Source of the DNA: Deferribacterales bacterium
Lineage (GTDB): Bacteria > Chrysiogenota > Deferribacteres > Deferribacterales > Geovibrionaceae
NCBI GenBank assembly: GCA_050251875.1
Contig: JBFWMA010000004.1
Coordinates: 128,001 to 192,000, forward strand
Length of the DNA: 64,000 nucleotides
Direction of reading: 5' to 3'
Of the stretch, positions 30,913-40,809 are shown piece after piece; the first letter of the stretch is position 1, and each line of letters begins with the position of its first letter. Made by a program: the position numbers and the translations under genes. The notes below the pieces were generated by a model. That model was not told where the DNA came from and did no database searches. It saw nothing but the letters and a program-made list of their open reading frames with translations.

Positions 30913-31713
30913 TTGAAGATAGTCAGCTTTAACGTAAACAGCATCCGGACACGCCTGCACCAGCTCGAAAAACTGGTGGAGAAGCACAGTCCGGATATCA
31001 TAGCGCTTCAGGAGACCAAAGTTCAGGATCATGAGTTTCCTCTGGAAGAGATAGAGCGTCTTGGATATCACGCCGAATTCATGGGGCAGAAGACACATTA
31101 TGGTGTAGCCACTCTGTCTAAGATGAAGCCGAAGTCCGTGCAGAAGGGCTTTCCGGCGGACGGAGCGGATGCTCAGAAACGGATGCTCATGTGCGCATAT
31201 GATAATGTAACCGTAATCAACGGATACTTTCCTCAGGGCGAAAATCGGGCTCATGAGGTGAAATTCCCCGCAAAAGCAAAGTTTTATGCTGATATGCTGG
31301 AGTATCTGAAGAGAGATTTTGACAAAAATAACAATATCGCCGTGGTGGGCGATATGAATATAGCCCCCACAGATTTCGACATAGGCATAGGCGAGCAGAA
31401 CGCCAAACGCTGGCTGAAAGAGGGCAAAACAAGTTTTTTACCCGAAGAGCGGGAGTGGATGGGCAGATTTTTCGAATGGGGTCTCACAGATGTTTACAGA
31501 CATCTGCACCCTGAAAGCTCGGATTTCATGAGCTGGTTCGATTACCGCAGCAAAGGTTTCGAAGCCGACCCGAAAAGGGGTCTGCGGATAGATCTGATCC
31601 TCGCCACAGCACCTCTGGTGACAGCGTGCGCCGGATCGGGAATAGATTACGAGATCAGAGGCATGGAGAGACCATCCGACCATGCTCCCATATGGGCGGA
31701 GTTCAGTCTATAG
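30913..31713 (+). CDS. xthA: Exodeoxyribonuclease III
   Basis: [42 protein letters not shown] 30913 after AGGAGAG (the ORF track starts at 30895). Confidence 0.95.
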   Translation: MKIVSFNVNSIRTRLHQLEKLVEKHSPDIIALQETKVQDHEFPLEEIERLGYHAEFMGQKTHYGVATLSKMKPKSVQKGFPADGADAQKRMLMCAYDNVTVINGYFPQGENRAHEVKFPAKAKFYADMLEYLKRDFDKNNNIAVVGDMNIAPTDFDIGIGEQNAKRWLKEGKTSFLPEEREWMGRFFEWGLTDVYRHLHPESSDFMSWFDYRSKGFEADPKRGLRIDLILATAPLVTACAGSGIDYEIRGMERPSDHAPIWAEFSL

Positions 31714-32679
31714 TCTGCGGCGTTTTGTTTTGGTATAGATGAAGTAAGCCGGAAAAACGATGTTGGACGCTATGAACAGCAGAACCCAGAGCACCAGCCC
31801 GCCGGCAACGAATTTTTTCAGCTGAACGGTGCTGTCCTCGCCCACGGTCACATGAACCCAGTAGGGTTTTATCTGTCTGTAGGGGGCGAATATATGCACG
31901 AATTTGGGCTTCTCCGGCACGGTAGCTTCTTTCAGCGCTATGGAAAAGATGTTGTCGCCCATCAGAGCGTATATTGAGTTGAAAACGGGTCTGTTTTTAT
32001 AATAGGGGTGGTCTTCCGGAAATTTTCCATACATACAGTGGTTTTCACCGCCGAAAAAGTGAAAGCGTATCCAGCCGGAATGTATCAGCCTGTCCGCCGT
32101 CTGATAGTATGAGAGCGGCTGTGAGTCTTCGTTATAAGCCGCCATGGCGAAATAAGGATCGATAAAAAACCATTTCTTCCCGTCAAAAACCTCCACAGCG
32201 TAGCTCGCCTCGTTTCTCACCATTCGTGTTTTCAGCCCGGAATACTGAGCCAGAACAGAGAATATTTCGGCGAAATCTTTTGAGCATCCGGATTTCTTCT
32301 TAGCCGCCGCTATTTTATCGGCTATAGTCAGCCCGTCGCTGCATACGCCGTCTCCCATGTTGCTGAACATTTTGGTTATCAGAACCGCTCTTTCGAACGG
32401 AGGCAGAGTGCTCAGACTGTCTATGTCGGAGTGTTTGATTCCTGTTTTGGAGAATATTTCCTCCATCCCCGCTTTTCTGACATCCTCCGGATCCGATTTG
32501 AACCCGTAATCGTTCAGTATGGACGGCGGAAAAGTCATGAAACCCGAGTTGACCTTTTTCGAGTAAAATATCTCTTCGAAAACGGTGAGCATGGTGTCGT
32601 TTTTAACAGAATAAACTACTGCTATGATGAGGATTATGTTCAGCATGAAGAGCGATGTGAAAAACTTTTCGGATTTCAT
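31708..32679 (-). CDS. Membrane-anchored transglutaminase-like (papain-fold) protein, catalytic His apparently missing
   Basis: GCSKDFA.IF..LA...GLKTR.V...YAVEVF...KWFFIDP; N- and C-terminal TM helices. Confidence 0.6.
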   Translation of the reverse strand: MKSEKFFTSLFMLNIILIIAVVYSVKNDTMLTVFEEIFYSKKVNSGFMTFPPSILNDYGFKSDPEDVRKAGMEEIFSKTGIKHSDIDSLSTLPPFERAVLITKMFSNMGDGVCSDGLTIADKIAAAKKKSGCSKDFAEIFSVLAQYSGLKTRMVRNEASYAVEVFDGKKWFFIDPYFAMAAYNEDSQPLSYYQTADRLIHSGWIRFHFFGGENHCMYGKFPEDHPYYKNRPVFNSIYALMGDNIFSIALKEATVPEKPKFVHIFAPYRQIKPYWVHVTVGEDSTVQLKKFVAGGLVLWVLLFIASNIVFPAYFIYTKTKRRRL

Positions 32680-32705
32680 AAAAACTCCGGAGAATGAATA
32701 TAAAA

Positions 32706-32734
32706 ACTATAATCCAGAACATATAGCATGGCAA
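32706..32734 (-). promoter_or_regulatory. sigma70-type promoter of the transglutaminase-like gene
   Basis: Minus strand TTGCCA-17 nt-TATAGT. Confidence 0.55.
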
Positions 32735-32817
32735 CTTATAATGATCCCCGTTATTTCAAAAATTATTTAAATCCGCATACTTTGTGAAAACACCGCTTAA
32801 AAGTGGTATATTATCAT

Positions 32818-34767
32818 ATGGAAAAACCGCTGGAACAGGAACTGGCTCAGAGGCTGAAAAGAAACCTGTCAGAAAACGAAGAATGGCTGATTAAGCGCAT
32901 ACTGAGCTATGCCAGACATCAGGGATACACCGTCTATCTTCCCGCTCTGGAGGAAGCATGGCGGAATTCCGTCCAGCTTCTGAACAAACCGATAATGGAC
33001 ACCCCCTCTGCCTATTTCGGCATACCCGAACTGCACCCGCACGCAGACTATTCCTCCGATCCATACGCCATTTACGGCGTTACGGAGGCGAGACGCTGCC
33101 GTGAAACGGGCATGAGCATCATCATGTTTATGGGGCTTTTCAAATATTACCGCCAGACATATGACGACCTGCTGATACACTTTGGTTTTTCCGCCGAAGA
33201 GACGGTGATGTGCCGCACTTTTCTGAAACGATATTTCGACCATGTGGAGCTGGGCTTCATTCAGGAATATCTGGGACAGGAGAGAGCGTCCGGGGCGGAT
33301 GAGCAGTCGGCTGTCACCAGAAGACTGTTCAGCGAAAAATCGCTGTACGCCACCGTTATAGAGACCATAGAAAAACCCATAATAGTCATGGACAAAGAGG
33401 GTGCGGTCATTTATATGAACGCCAGCGCCTCAGATTTTTTCGGAGGCGGATATCACCCGGGAACATATCTTTACGGACAGGAGAGACCGGATATTTCGCC
33501 GGAAATGGCGGAGGAGTTCAGCTCTTTTCTGCGTTCCGGCATGCGTTCCAGAGACTATGCATTCGTCTATGACAAAAAGATATACAGAATAGAGATTTAC
33601 CGTATGAAGGATATCTCCGGCAAGTTCGGCGGTGCCGCCGCCATGCTGAGCGATATCACGGATAAGAGGATAGCCCAGACGACTCTGGCGGAGAGCGAAT
33701 CTTTCAGGAGCGCCCTGATAGAGGGCATCTCAGGCGCCGCTGTGGTTCTGAATATGGAGAACGGCACCATAGAGGAATACAACAGAAAAGCGGTGGAGAT
33801 GTTCCCGTATCTGATAACGGGAGAGGCGGGCAAAGAACCGAGATTTTATGACGAAACAGGGCTGAACCCCGTGAACGTCTTCGAGCTGGCGGAGATGATA
33901 ACCACGAACGAAGAGCGGCTGGCGGAAACGTTCAGCGCCGGGATGATGCCCATCAGGGTTTTCAGCATCGAGGTGTGGTTTCAGAGCCAGCGGCATAAGC
34001 TGATTATCATGTTTGACATAACCCGTGAAAAGATGCTGGAGCGCAGGCTCGGCTTCATACAGCATCTGGAGACGGTGGGCGAGATAGCCCTCAGTCTGCC
34101 CGAGAGGATGGGGCAGGCGTCCAGAGAGATTCAGCATACGCTGGATGTCACGGTGAAGGCTCTGAAAGACTGCCCGAACGTCTGCGGACATTCCGCCGCC
34201 GACAGGCTGACCGGAGAGGTGGAGGGCGCTGTGGAATATATCAAGAGCCTGTCCGGAATTCTGGACGCTCTGGAATCCATCACCCAGAAAGACGCTCTGG
34301 AAAAACAGCAGGTGGACACCAACACTCTGGTGCGCAACTGCATACTGCTCACACAGGACAAATGGCAGCCTTACGCCGATATAGATATCAATCTTCAGCC
34401 GGGCGGAGCGCCTGTTAAGTGTTATCCGGACGAGATAGGTCAGATGGTGCTTAACCTGATACTGAACGCAGCCTATGCCGTCAGAAAAAAATCCGAGGCG
34501 AACAACAGAAAAGAACATATAAGCATCTCCACAAGATTCGCCAAAGACTTTATGGAGCTGAGGGTGGCAGACACCGGAATCGGCATCAAAAAGCAGGATT
34601 ATAAGAGAATATTCGACTCAGGATTCACCACAAAAGAGATCGGCAGAAGCACCGGACACGGGCTGGCGCTGGTTTATGACATAGTGGTGAACAGATATAA
34701 AGGCACTATAGAGTTCAAAAGTACGGAGGGACTCGGCACGGAGTTCACCGTCAGGATTCCCTTCTAA
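32818..34767 (+). CDS. Cytoplasmic PAS sensor with HATPase domain; degenerate H-box (pseudokinase candidate)
   Basis: Helical N-terminal domain, two PAS-like regions, N box QMVLNLILNA, G1 DTGIGI, F box FTTK, G2 TGHGLA; no His at the H-box. Confidence 0.8.
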   Translation: MEKPLEQELAQRLKRNLSENEEWLIKRILSYARHQGYTVYLPALEEAWRNSVQLLNKPIMDTPSAYFGIPELHPHADYSSDPYAIYGVTEARRCRETGMSIIMFMGLFKYYRQTYDDLLIHFGFSAEETVMCRTFLKRYFDHVELGFIQEYLGQERASGADEQSAVTRRLFSEKSLYATVIETIEKPIIVMDKEGAVIYMNASASDFFGGGYHPGTYLYGQERPDISPEMAEEFSSFLRSGMRSRDYAFVYDKKIYRIEIYRMKDISGKFGGAAAMLSDITDKRIAQTTLAESESFRSALIEGISGAAVVLNMENGTIEEYNRKAVEMFPYLITGEAGKEPRFYDETGLNPVNVFELAEMITTNEERLAETFSAGMMPIRVFSIEVWFQSQRHKLIIMFDITREKMLERRLGFIQHLETVGEIALSLPERMGQASREIQHTLDVTVKALKDCPNVCGHSAADRLTGEVEGAVEYIKSLSGILDALESITQKDALEKQQVDTNTLVRNCILLTQDKWQPYADIDINLQPGGAPVKCYPDEIGQMVLNLILNAAYAVRKKSEANNRKEHISISTRFAKDFMELRVADTGIGIKKQDYKRIFDSGFTTKEIGRSTGHGLALVYDIVVNRYKGTIEFKSTEGLGTEFTVRIPF

Positions 34768-35681
34768 ACCCCCAGAACAAAAAGCCACAGAGTAAAAGTG
34801 AGCACGGACAGGAGCGTGGACAGGACTATGGAACTGCCCGCCAGTGACGGGTCGCCGTCCATTGTCGCCGCCAGAACATAGTTGACCGTTGCCGCCGGAG
34901 CGGACATCATTATGATGACGGTTTTCTCCGGTATGCCTATCTGTGTGCCGAGCGCCGTAAAGACGGCAAAAGCGGTGAGAGGCATTATAATCAGCTTAAG
35001 AACGGCGGAGAGAGACGCGCGGAACATGTCTCCCTTCAGCTTTTCTATGCTGATGGTGCCGCCCACGGAGAACAGAGCCAGAGGCAGAGTCACCCCGCTG
35101 ACGATATCCAGCGAACGGCTGAAAAAATCAGGAAAATGTATGCCCGACCATGATGTCAGAAGCCCCGCCACGCATGCCGCCGCCAGCGGGTTGAAGAGCG
35201 CCGTGCGGATGAGCGGTTTCAGGGATTTTCCGGCGTGGGAAGAGATGGCGAGAGCCACCACGGAGAGCAGGTTCGCGAGGGGAACGACAAAGGCCATCAG
35301 AACGCTGGCGGTTACCAGTCCCTCGTCTCCGAAAGCGTATGCGCTGACAGGCAGACCCATGTATGCGAAATTAGCCCGGAAGCTGTCTATGGCGAATGTC
35401 CCTGCCGAGTGTCCCAGCTTTAGCGGGCGGTTGAGCAGAAAAGAGACCAGAAAGATGACCATGATGGAAATATACATTACGCCCACATGAAGAGCGTTGA
35501 AAACTGAACTAAGATCAGCCAGAGATATCTTATAATACAGAAGCACCGGCAGGCAGAGGTTGAATATGAGCCTGTTTGCGGTGCGGATGAAAGCGTCGTC
35601 TATGAGCCCGGCTCTTTTAACGGCGTATCCGACAGCGAGAACAATAAAAACAGGAAGCACTATCTGTATAATTGTCAGCAT
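34764..35681 (-). CDS. AEC (auxin efflux carrier)-family transporter
   Basis: IVLPVF, FNLCLP.LL, RANFAYMGLP, NPL..A, PLALFSVG, KLIIMP. Confidence 0.9.
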   Translation of the reverse strand: MLTIIQIVLPVFIVLAVGYAVKRAGLIDDAFIRTANRLIFNLCLPVLLYYKISLADLSSVFNALHVGVMYISIMVIFLVSFLLNRPLKLGHSAGTFAIDSFRANFAYMGLPVSAYAFGDEGLVTASVLMAFVVPLANLLSVVALAISSHAGKSLKPLIRTALFNPLAAACVAGLLTSWSGIHFPDFFSRSLDIVSGVTLPLALFSVGGTISIEKLKGDMFRASLSAVLKLIIMPLTAFAVFTALGTQIGIPEKTVIIMMSAPAATVNYVLAATMDGDPSLAGSSIVLSTLLSVLTFTLWLFVLGV

Positions 35682-35814
35682 AATTGTATTATATGGACGA
35701 AATATTTAAAAGCAATACCGGGCGAAAAAAATATTTCTGGCAATAGAAAAACTTTTGGAGTATAACCTGCGTATGAATATTAAGAAGTTCAATCAATATT
35801 TCGGCGGAAGATAC

Positions 35815-36033
35815 ATGCCTTACTGGTATGTGGCGTTTGCCCTGGTTATGGGCTGGTTTCTGCTGAACCTGTTTAATAACTCATCTGTTCAGAGATATGA
35901 ACTGACCGCTTATGACACCGATGGCAAGGTCATTGACAGCATGGAGGTTTCCGCTTCCACAATGAGCCAGCCGGAGAGTCTGCCCATTACGAAAGCCTAC
36001 AGACCGATCAAACCTGTCAAATTCCTGAAATAA
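35815..36033 (+). CDS. Small hypothetical single-TM protein (72 aa)
   Basis: MPYWYVAFALVMGWFLLNLFNN... fills the gap between the AEC gene and recJ; GGCGGAAG upstream. Start uncertain (ORF track 35755). Confidence 0.55.
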   Translation: MPYWYVAFALVMGWFLLNLFNNSSVQRYELTAYDTDGKVIDSMEVSASTMSQPESLPITKAYRPIKPVKFLK

Positions 36034-36143
36034 TATTCTTTCCTTTTTGATGTTTACACGGCTGTTTTTCCTGAAATGTCTTGCAATAAAAACATTTTAG
36101 GATAATAATAACAGATTGTATCTAACAAATCGGGTTAAACATC

Positions 36144-37919
36144 ATGGCATCGGTCACATACAGGAGCCGAAAGTATAAATGGGTATACACCGGAGCGGAT
36201 AAAGCGCTGGTAGACGAACTTAGATCAGCATATCCTATTGCTGGATGTGTGGCTGAGGTATTGCTCAACAGAGGCATCCGTGACAGAGCCGCCCTTGAAT
36301 CCTATCTGGACACACCCCTGACGGGGCTCACTTCCCCCTTTCTTATCAAAGACATGGACAGAGCGGCAGACTGCATAGCGCAGGCTCTGGCAAACAATGA
36401 AAAGATATGTGTTTATGGCGATTATGATGTGGACGGGGTCACTTCCGTGGCGCTGATGTATCATTTTCTCAGTGAAGTGGGGGCGGATGTCAGCTATTAC
36501 ATCCCCAACAGGCTGGAGGAAGGATACGGGCTGAATACCGCCGCCATAGACGAAATAAAGGCGGGCGGGGCGAAACTGATAATCACCGTGGACTGCGGGA
36601 TTAACGCTGTGGACGAGGTGGCACACGCCGGAAACATCGGGCTGAAAGTCATAGTGACAGATCACCATCAGCCGTCCGAACAGATACCCACTGCGGCTTG
36701 CGCTGTGGTGAATCCCATGAGAGAGGACGACACCAGCCAGTTCAAATGTCTGTCCGGTGTGGGGGTCGCCTTTAAGGTTGTCATGGCTCTCCGCTCGAGA
36801 ATGAACGAGCTGGGCAGGTTTAAGGCGAAGACGCCGAATATAAAAAAATATCTCGATCTGGTGACGCTGGGAACAGTGGCGGACGTTGTGCCGCTCACCG
36901 GAGAGAACAGGATAATAGTGCGACACGGGCTGGAGATTCTCTCCGGGCGTGACTGCCGGGCAGGGCTCAAGGAGCTGAAGCGTGTTGCCGGGGTGGACGG
37001 AAGCAAGGTAACCACAACCCATGTTGGGTTCGGTCTGGCGCCCAGGATAAACGCCGTGGGCAGGCTTGGCAACTCGGACAAGGGGCTTAGGCTTCTGGTT
37101 ACCAGCGACAGGGCGCAGGCGAGATATCTGGCGGACGAGCTGGACAGAGAGAACAAAGACAGACAGGATATAGAAAAAGAGATAATCGAGGAGTCCTTCG
37201 CCAGAGTGGAGAAGAACAGGCTTCACGAGAAATATAAAGGTCTGGTGCTCTACTCCAAGGAGTGGCATCAGGGCGTCATAGGCATTGTGGCGTCCAGACT
37301 GGTGGAAAAATATCATATGCCCGCCATCGTCCTGACATTCGATGACGGAGTGGGCAAGGGATCAGGGCGGAGCATACCGTCATTTGATCTGTATAAGGGG
37401 CTTGAACAGCTTCAGGATATTCTGCTCTCTTTCGGCGGGCATAAATACGCCGCAGGGCTGAAAATATCCGAGGAACATATATCCAGCCTCCAGAAGAGGT
37501 TTCATAAGGCAGTGGACGAACTGCTCAGCCCGGAGGATTTCGTGGCGGAGCTGAGGATAGACGCCTTTATAGAGCCTGAGGATATCAATCAGGACTTCAC
37601 CCGCTGGCTGGAAAAGATGGAGCCTTACGGATCGGGCAACAGCGAGCCCGTTTTCTGTATGAAAAACGTGCGGAAATATCAGCCGGAGACTTTTGTGGGG
37701 CGTGACAGTATGCACCTGAAGATGTTTCTGGAAAAAAACGGAAAAACATTCGACTGTATCGGATACAATATGAAGAGCTACGAGAGCGTTGTCAGCTCAT
37801 CCGACAATTTCGACATAGTATTCACCCCGTCCGTGACGGGATATTATAACGGGAAATTTATGCAGTTTGTACTGAAAGACATTAAACAGGCGGAGGAACC
37901 ATGGCAAGAGAACGCGTGA
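36144..37919 (+). CDS. recJ: Single-stranded DNA exonuclease RecJ
   Basis: YGDYDVDG, ITVDCGI, TDHH, GTVADVVPL, PRINAVGR, GSGRS, GGHKYAAG. Confidence 0.98.
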   Translation: MASVTYRSRKYKWVYTGADKALVDELRSAYPIAGCVAEVLLNRGIRDRAALESYLDTPLTGLTSPFLIKDMDRAADCIAQALANNEKICVYGDYDVDGVTSVALMYHFLSEVGADVSYYIPNRLEEGYGLNTAAIDEIKAGGAKLIITVDCGINAVDEVAHAGNIGLKVIVTDHHQPSEQIPTAACAVVNPMREDDTSQFKCLSGVGVAFKVVMALRSRMNELGRFKAKTPNIKKYLDLVTLGTVADVVPLTGENRIIVRHGLEILSGRDCRAGLKELKRVAGVDGSKVTTTHVGFGLAPRINAVGRLGNSDKGLRLLVTSDRAQARYLADELDRENKDRQDIEKEIIEESFARVEKNRLHEKYKGLVLYSKEWHQGVIGIVASRLVEKYHMPAIVLTFDDGVGKGSGRSIPSFDLYKGLEQLQDILLSFGGHKYAAGLKISEEHISSLQKRFHKAVDELLSPEDFVAELRIDAFIEPEDINQDFTRWLEKMEPYGSGNSEPVFCMKNVRKYQPETFVGRDSMHLKMFLEKNGKTFDCIGYNMKSYESVVSSSDNFDIVFTPSVTGYYNGKFMQFVLKDIKQAEEPWQENA

Positions 37920-40066
37920 TCCGTCTGATGGACATCCAGGATAAAATGAACGCAAACGGCATACGGGAGGGATTCGACCGTGTGCATAAGGCATATATAT
38001 ACGCTGCCCAGAAACATAGAGGACAGCTGAGAAAGAGCGGTGAGCCCTATCTGAGTCACCCTCTGAACGTTGCCTATATCCTCGCCCAGATGAACATGGA
38101 TGCTGATACCGTTATAGGCGGTCTGCTCCACGACACCATAGAGGATACGGACGCCACATTCGAGGAGATCAAAGATCTGTTCGGTGAAGAGGTCGCTTTC
38201 ATCGTTGAGGGCGTGTCCAAGATAGGCAAAATAATTTTTAAATCGGCCGAGGAGAAACAGGCGGAAAACTTCCGCAAAATGCTGATCTCCATGTCCAAAG
38301 ACGTGAGGGTCATTATCATAAAACTAGCCGACAGGCTTCATAATATGCGTACTCTGGATTATCTGCCTGATGAGAAGAAACAGCGCATAGCCAGAGAAAC
38401 GATGGATATATACGCCCCCATGGCGCACAGACTCGGTATCGCCTGGATCAAGTGGGAGCTGGAGGACATGTGCTTCCGCATACTGAATCCTGACGCTTAC
38501 TATGAGATATACGAAAAGGTTAAGCTGAAAAGGGGCGAGCGTGAGCAGTATCTGGCGGATATCAGGGAACAGACCATATCCGAGCTGGCGAAACACGGCA
38601 TCAAGGCGTCTGTCACAGGGCGTCCGAAGCATTTCTACTCCATCTATAACAAGATGGTGAAGAAGAAAGTCAGCTTCGAGGAGATATACGATCTTCTGGC
38701 GCTCCGTGTGCTGGTGGACGATATTCCGGCGTGCTATGCCGTGATGGGTATCCTTCACAACGTATGGAAACCTATCCAGCACAGGTTCAAGGACTATATC
38801 GCCATGCAGAAGGCGAACATGTATCAGTCTCTGCACACCACCATCATAGGACCCAAAGGTATCACGGTGGAGTTCCAGATCAGAACCCACGAGATGCACA
38901 AGGTGGCGGAAGAGGGGATCGCCGCCCACTGGAAATATAAAGAGGGCAAGGTGTTCGATCCGCAGGAGGACAAGGCCTTTACATGGCTTCGTCAGCTTCT
39001 GGAACAGCACGAACTGCACAGTCCCGAAGACCTCGTGGAGGCTCTGAAGGAAGATGTTCTGCCCACTCAGATATACGTTTTCACGCCGAAAGGCGATGTT
39101 ATGGAACTGCCCATCGGCTCAACCCCCGTGGATTTCGCCTACAACATCCACACGGATGTGGGCAACAAATGCAAGGGAGCGAAGGTTGACGGGCGCATAG
39201 TGCCTCTGAAATACAAGCTCAGAAACGGCGACAGAGTGTCCATCATTCTGGGCGAGCCGGCAAGACCCAGCCGGGACTGGCTGAATTTCGTCAAAACCAG
39301 CAGAGCGAAAAACCGTATCAGAGCCGCCCTGCGCAAAATAGACACGGAGATGGGTCAGACTGTGGGCTTTGAGCTATTGGAGAAGGAATTTTCCGCCAAC
39401 GGGCTTGAGGTTCGCGAGATATTCAATAAGAGCGAGAATATCAAAAAGATGCTGGAGCGCTTTAAGCTGAGAGATGAGGAGGATATCCTCATATCCGTGG
39501 GCTTCGGACGGATATCGCCCAAACAGGTGGCGCATATCTTCACCGAGCCGCAGCAGCAGCACGGACCGAAGCTGGAAGATCTGCAAAAAGCTCCTGATAA
39601 GAACAGAGACAGAAAGAAATCCAACACACCCTTCATAATAGAAGGCATAGATGACGTGATGGTGAAGATAGCGAAATGCTGTTCACCTCTGCCCGGGGAC
39701 AAGGTGGTGGGATACATCAGCCGTGGACGGGGTATCGTTGTACACAGAGTCGACTGCGAAAACCTGAAGAACTCCGCTTTCAGCGAAGAGCGTCTGGTAG
39801 AGGTGGAGTGGGACGACAGAAAGAGCTACAAGATGCCTGTGCGCATCCATACATCCATCGTGGACAAACCCGGCGTGCTCAGCGCCCTTACCACTGTTCT
39901 GAAAGAGATGGGGCTGAACATTCTGGAACTGTCATCGAAAAGGGACAAGGACGGAATGTCGTCTCAGGATTTCAGCATAGAGGTAAAGAACAAGAGCGAG
40001 CTGGAGAGCGTCATCCGCAAGATCCGCACAATAGACGGTCTGAGAGACGTGAACACATCCACCTAA
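37901..40066 (+). CDS. rel: Bifunctional (p)ppGpp synthetase/hydrolase (Rel)
   Basis: Intact HD (LLHDTIED), RFKD, YQSLHT, EFQIRT, TGS, Zn-finger CC..HRVDC, ACT. Confidence 0.95.
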   Translation: MARERVIRLMDIQDKMNANGIREGFDRVHKAYIYAAQKHRGQLRKSGEPYLSHPLNVAYILAQMNMDADTVIGGLLHDTIEDTDATFEEIKDLFGEEVAFIVEGVSKIGKIIFKSAEEKQAENFRKMLISMSKDVRVIIIKLADRLHNMRTLDYLPDEKKQRIARETMDIYAPMAHRLGIAWIKWELEDMCFRILNPDAYYEIYEKVKLKRGEREQYLADIREQTISELAKHGIKASVTGRPKHFYSIYNKMVKKKVSFEEIYDLLALRVLVDDIPACYAVMGILHNVWKPIQHRFKDYIAMQKANMYQSLHTTIIGPKGITVEFQIRTHEMHKVAEEGIAAHWKYKEGKVFDPQEDKAFTWLRQLLEQHELHSPEDLVEALKEDVLPTQIYVFTPKGDVMELPIGSTPVDFAYNIHTDVGNKCKGAKVDGRIVPLKYKLRNGDRVSIILGEPARPSRDWLNFVKTSRAKNRIRAALRKIDTEMGQTVGFELLEKEFSANGLEVREIFNKSENIKKMLERFKLRDEEDILISVGFGRISPKQVAHIFTEPQQQHGPKLEDLQKAPDKNRDRKKSNTPFIIEGIDDVMVKIAKCCSPLPGDKVVGYISRGRGIVVHRVDCENLKNSAFSEERLVEVEWDDRKSYKMPVRIHTSIVDKPGVLSALTTVLKEMGLNILELSSKRDKDGMSSQDFSIEVKNKSELESVIRKIRTIDGLRDVNTST

Positions 40067-40809
40067 TACATCAGGCAGGGTATTCCGTTCATCGTGCCTA
40101 TCTTTACGGGCATGTCGTATACCTCTGACAGCAGAGGTTCGTCAAGGCTCTGCGCCTGGGTGAACGCCCGCAGTCTGCCCTCTTTCATCACCAGAATATC
40201 GTCAGCGTATCTGACCGCCAGATTCAGGTCATGCAGAACAATAATGCTGGTTAGCTTATTCTCATATGTGATGCCGGCTGTCAGTTCCATTATTTCCATA
40301 CGGTTCTTTATATCCAGATGGTTCACCGGCTCGTCCATCAGCAGAATGGGTGATCCCTGCGCCACGGCTCTGGCTATGTGCGTTTTTTGCAGTTCACCGC
40401 CGGATATCTTTGTAACACATTCATCTTTCATCTCCGACAGGCGGAACTGATCCATGATGCTGTCAGTGATTTTATGATCGTTTACGGACGGGTAGAAGCT
40501 CATGTGGGGTTTGCGCCCCAGAAGCACTGCATCACGCACGGAGCACGGCACAGCGCCCGATGTCTGGGGCAGATAGGCGATGTTTTTCGCCCGGAGGGAG
40601 CTGCTCATGGAGCTGATGTCCTGCCCGGATACGCTCACCTGTCCGCTCCTCTGTCTCAGCACTCCAGCCAATATCTTCAGCAGGGTGGATTTGCCCGCCC
40701 CGTTCGGTCCTATCACGGCGCATATTCTGCCCGGTTCTGCCCGGAATGATATGCCGCTTAATATTTTCTTATTTCTCACGCTGTAGGAGATATCTGAAGC
40801 CTCAATCAT
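40063..40809 (-). CDS. Metal-chelate (FecE/BtuD-type) ABC ATPase
   Basis: GPNGAGKST, ISGGELQ, LLMDEPVNHLD, HDLNLA. Confidence 0.93.
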   Translation of the reverse strand: MIEASDISYSVRNKKILSGISFRAEPGRICAVIGPNGAGKSTLLKILAGVLRQRSGQVSVSGQDISSMSSSLRAKNIAYLPQTSGAVPCSVRDAVLLGRKPHMSFYPSVNDHKITDSIMDQFRLSEMKDECVTKISGGELQKTHIARAVAQGSPILLMDEPVNHLDIKNRMEIMELTAGITYENKLTSIIVLHDLNLAVRYADDILVMKEGRLRAFTQAQSLDEPLLSEVYDMPVKIGTMNGIPCLMY

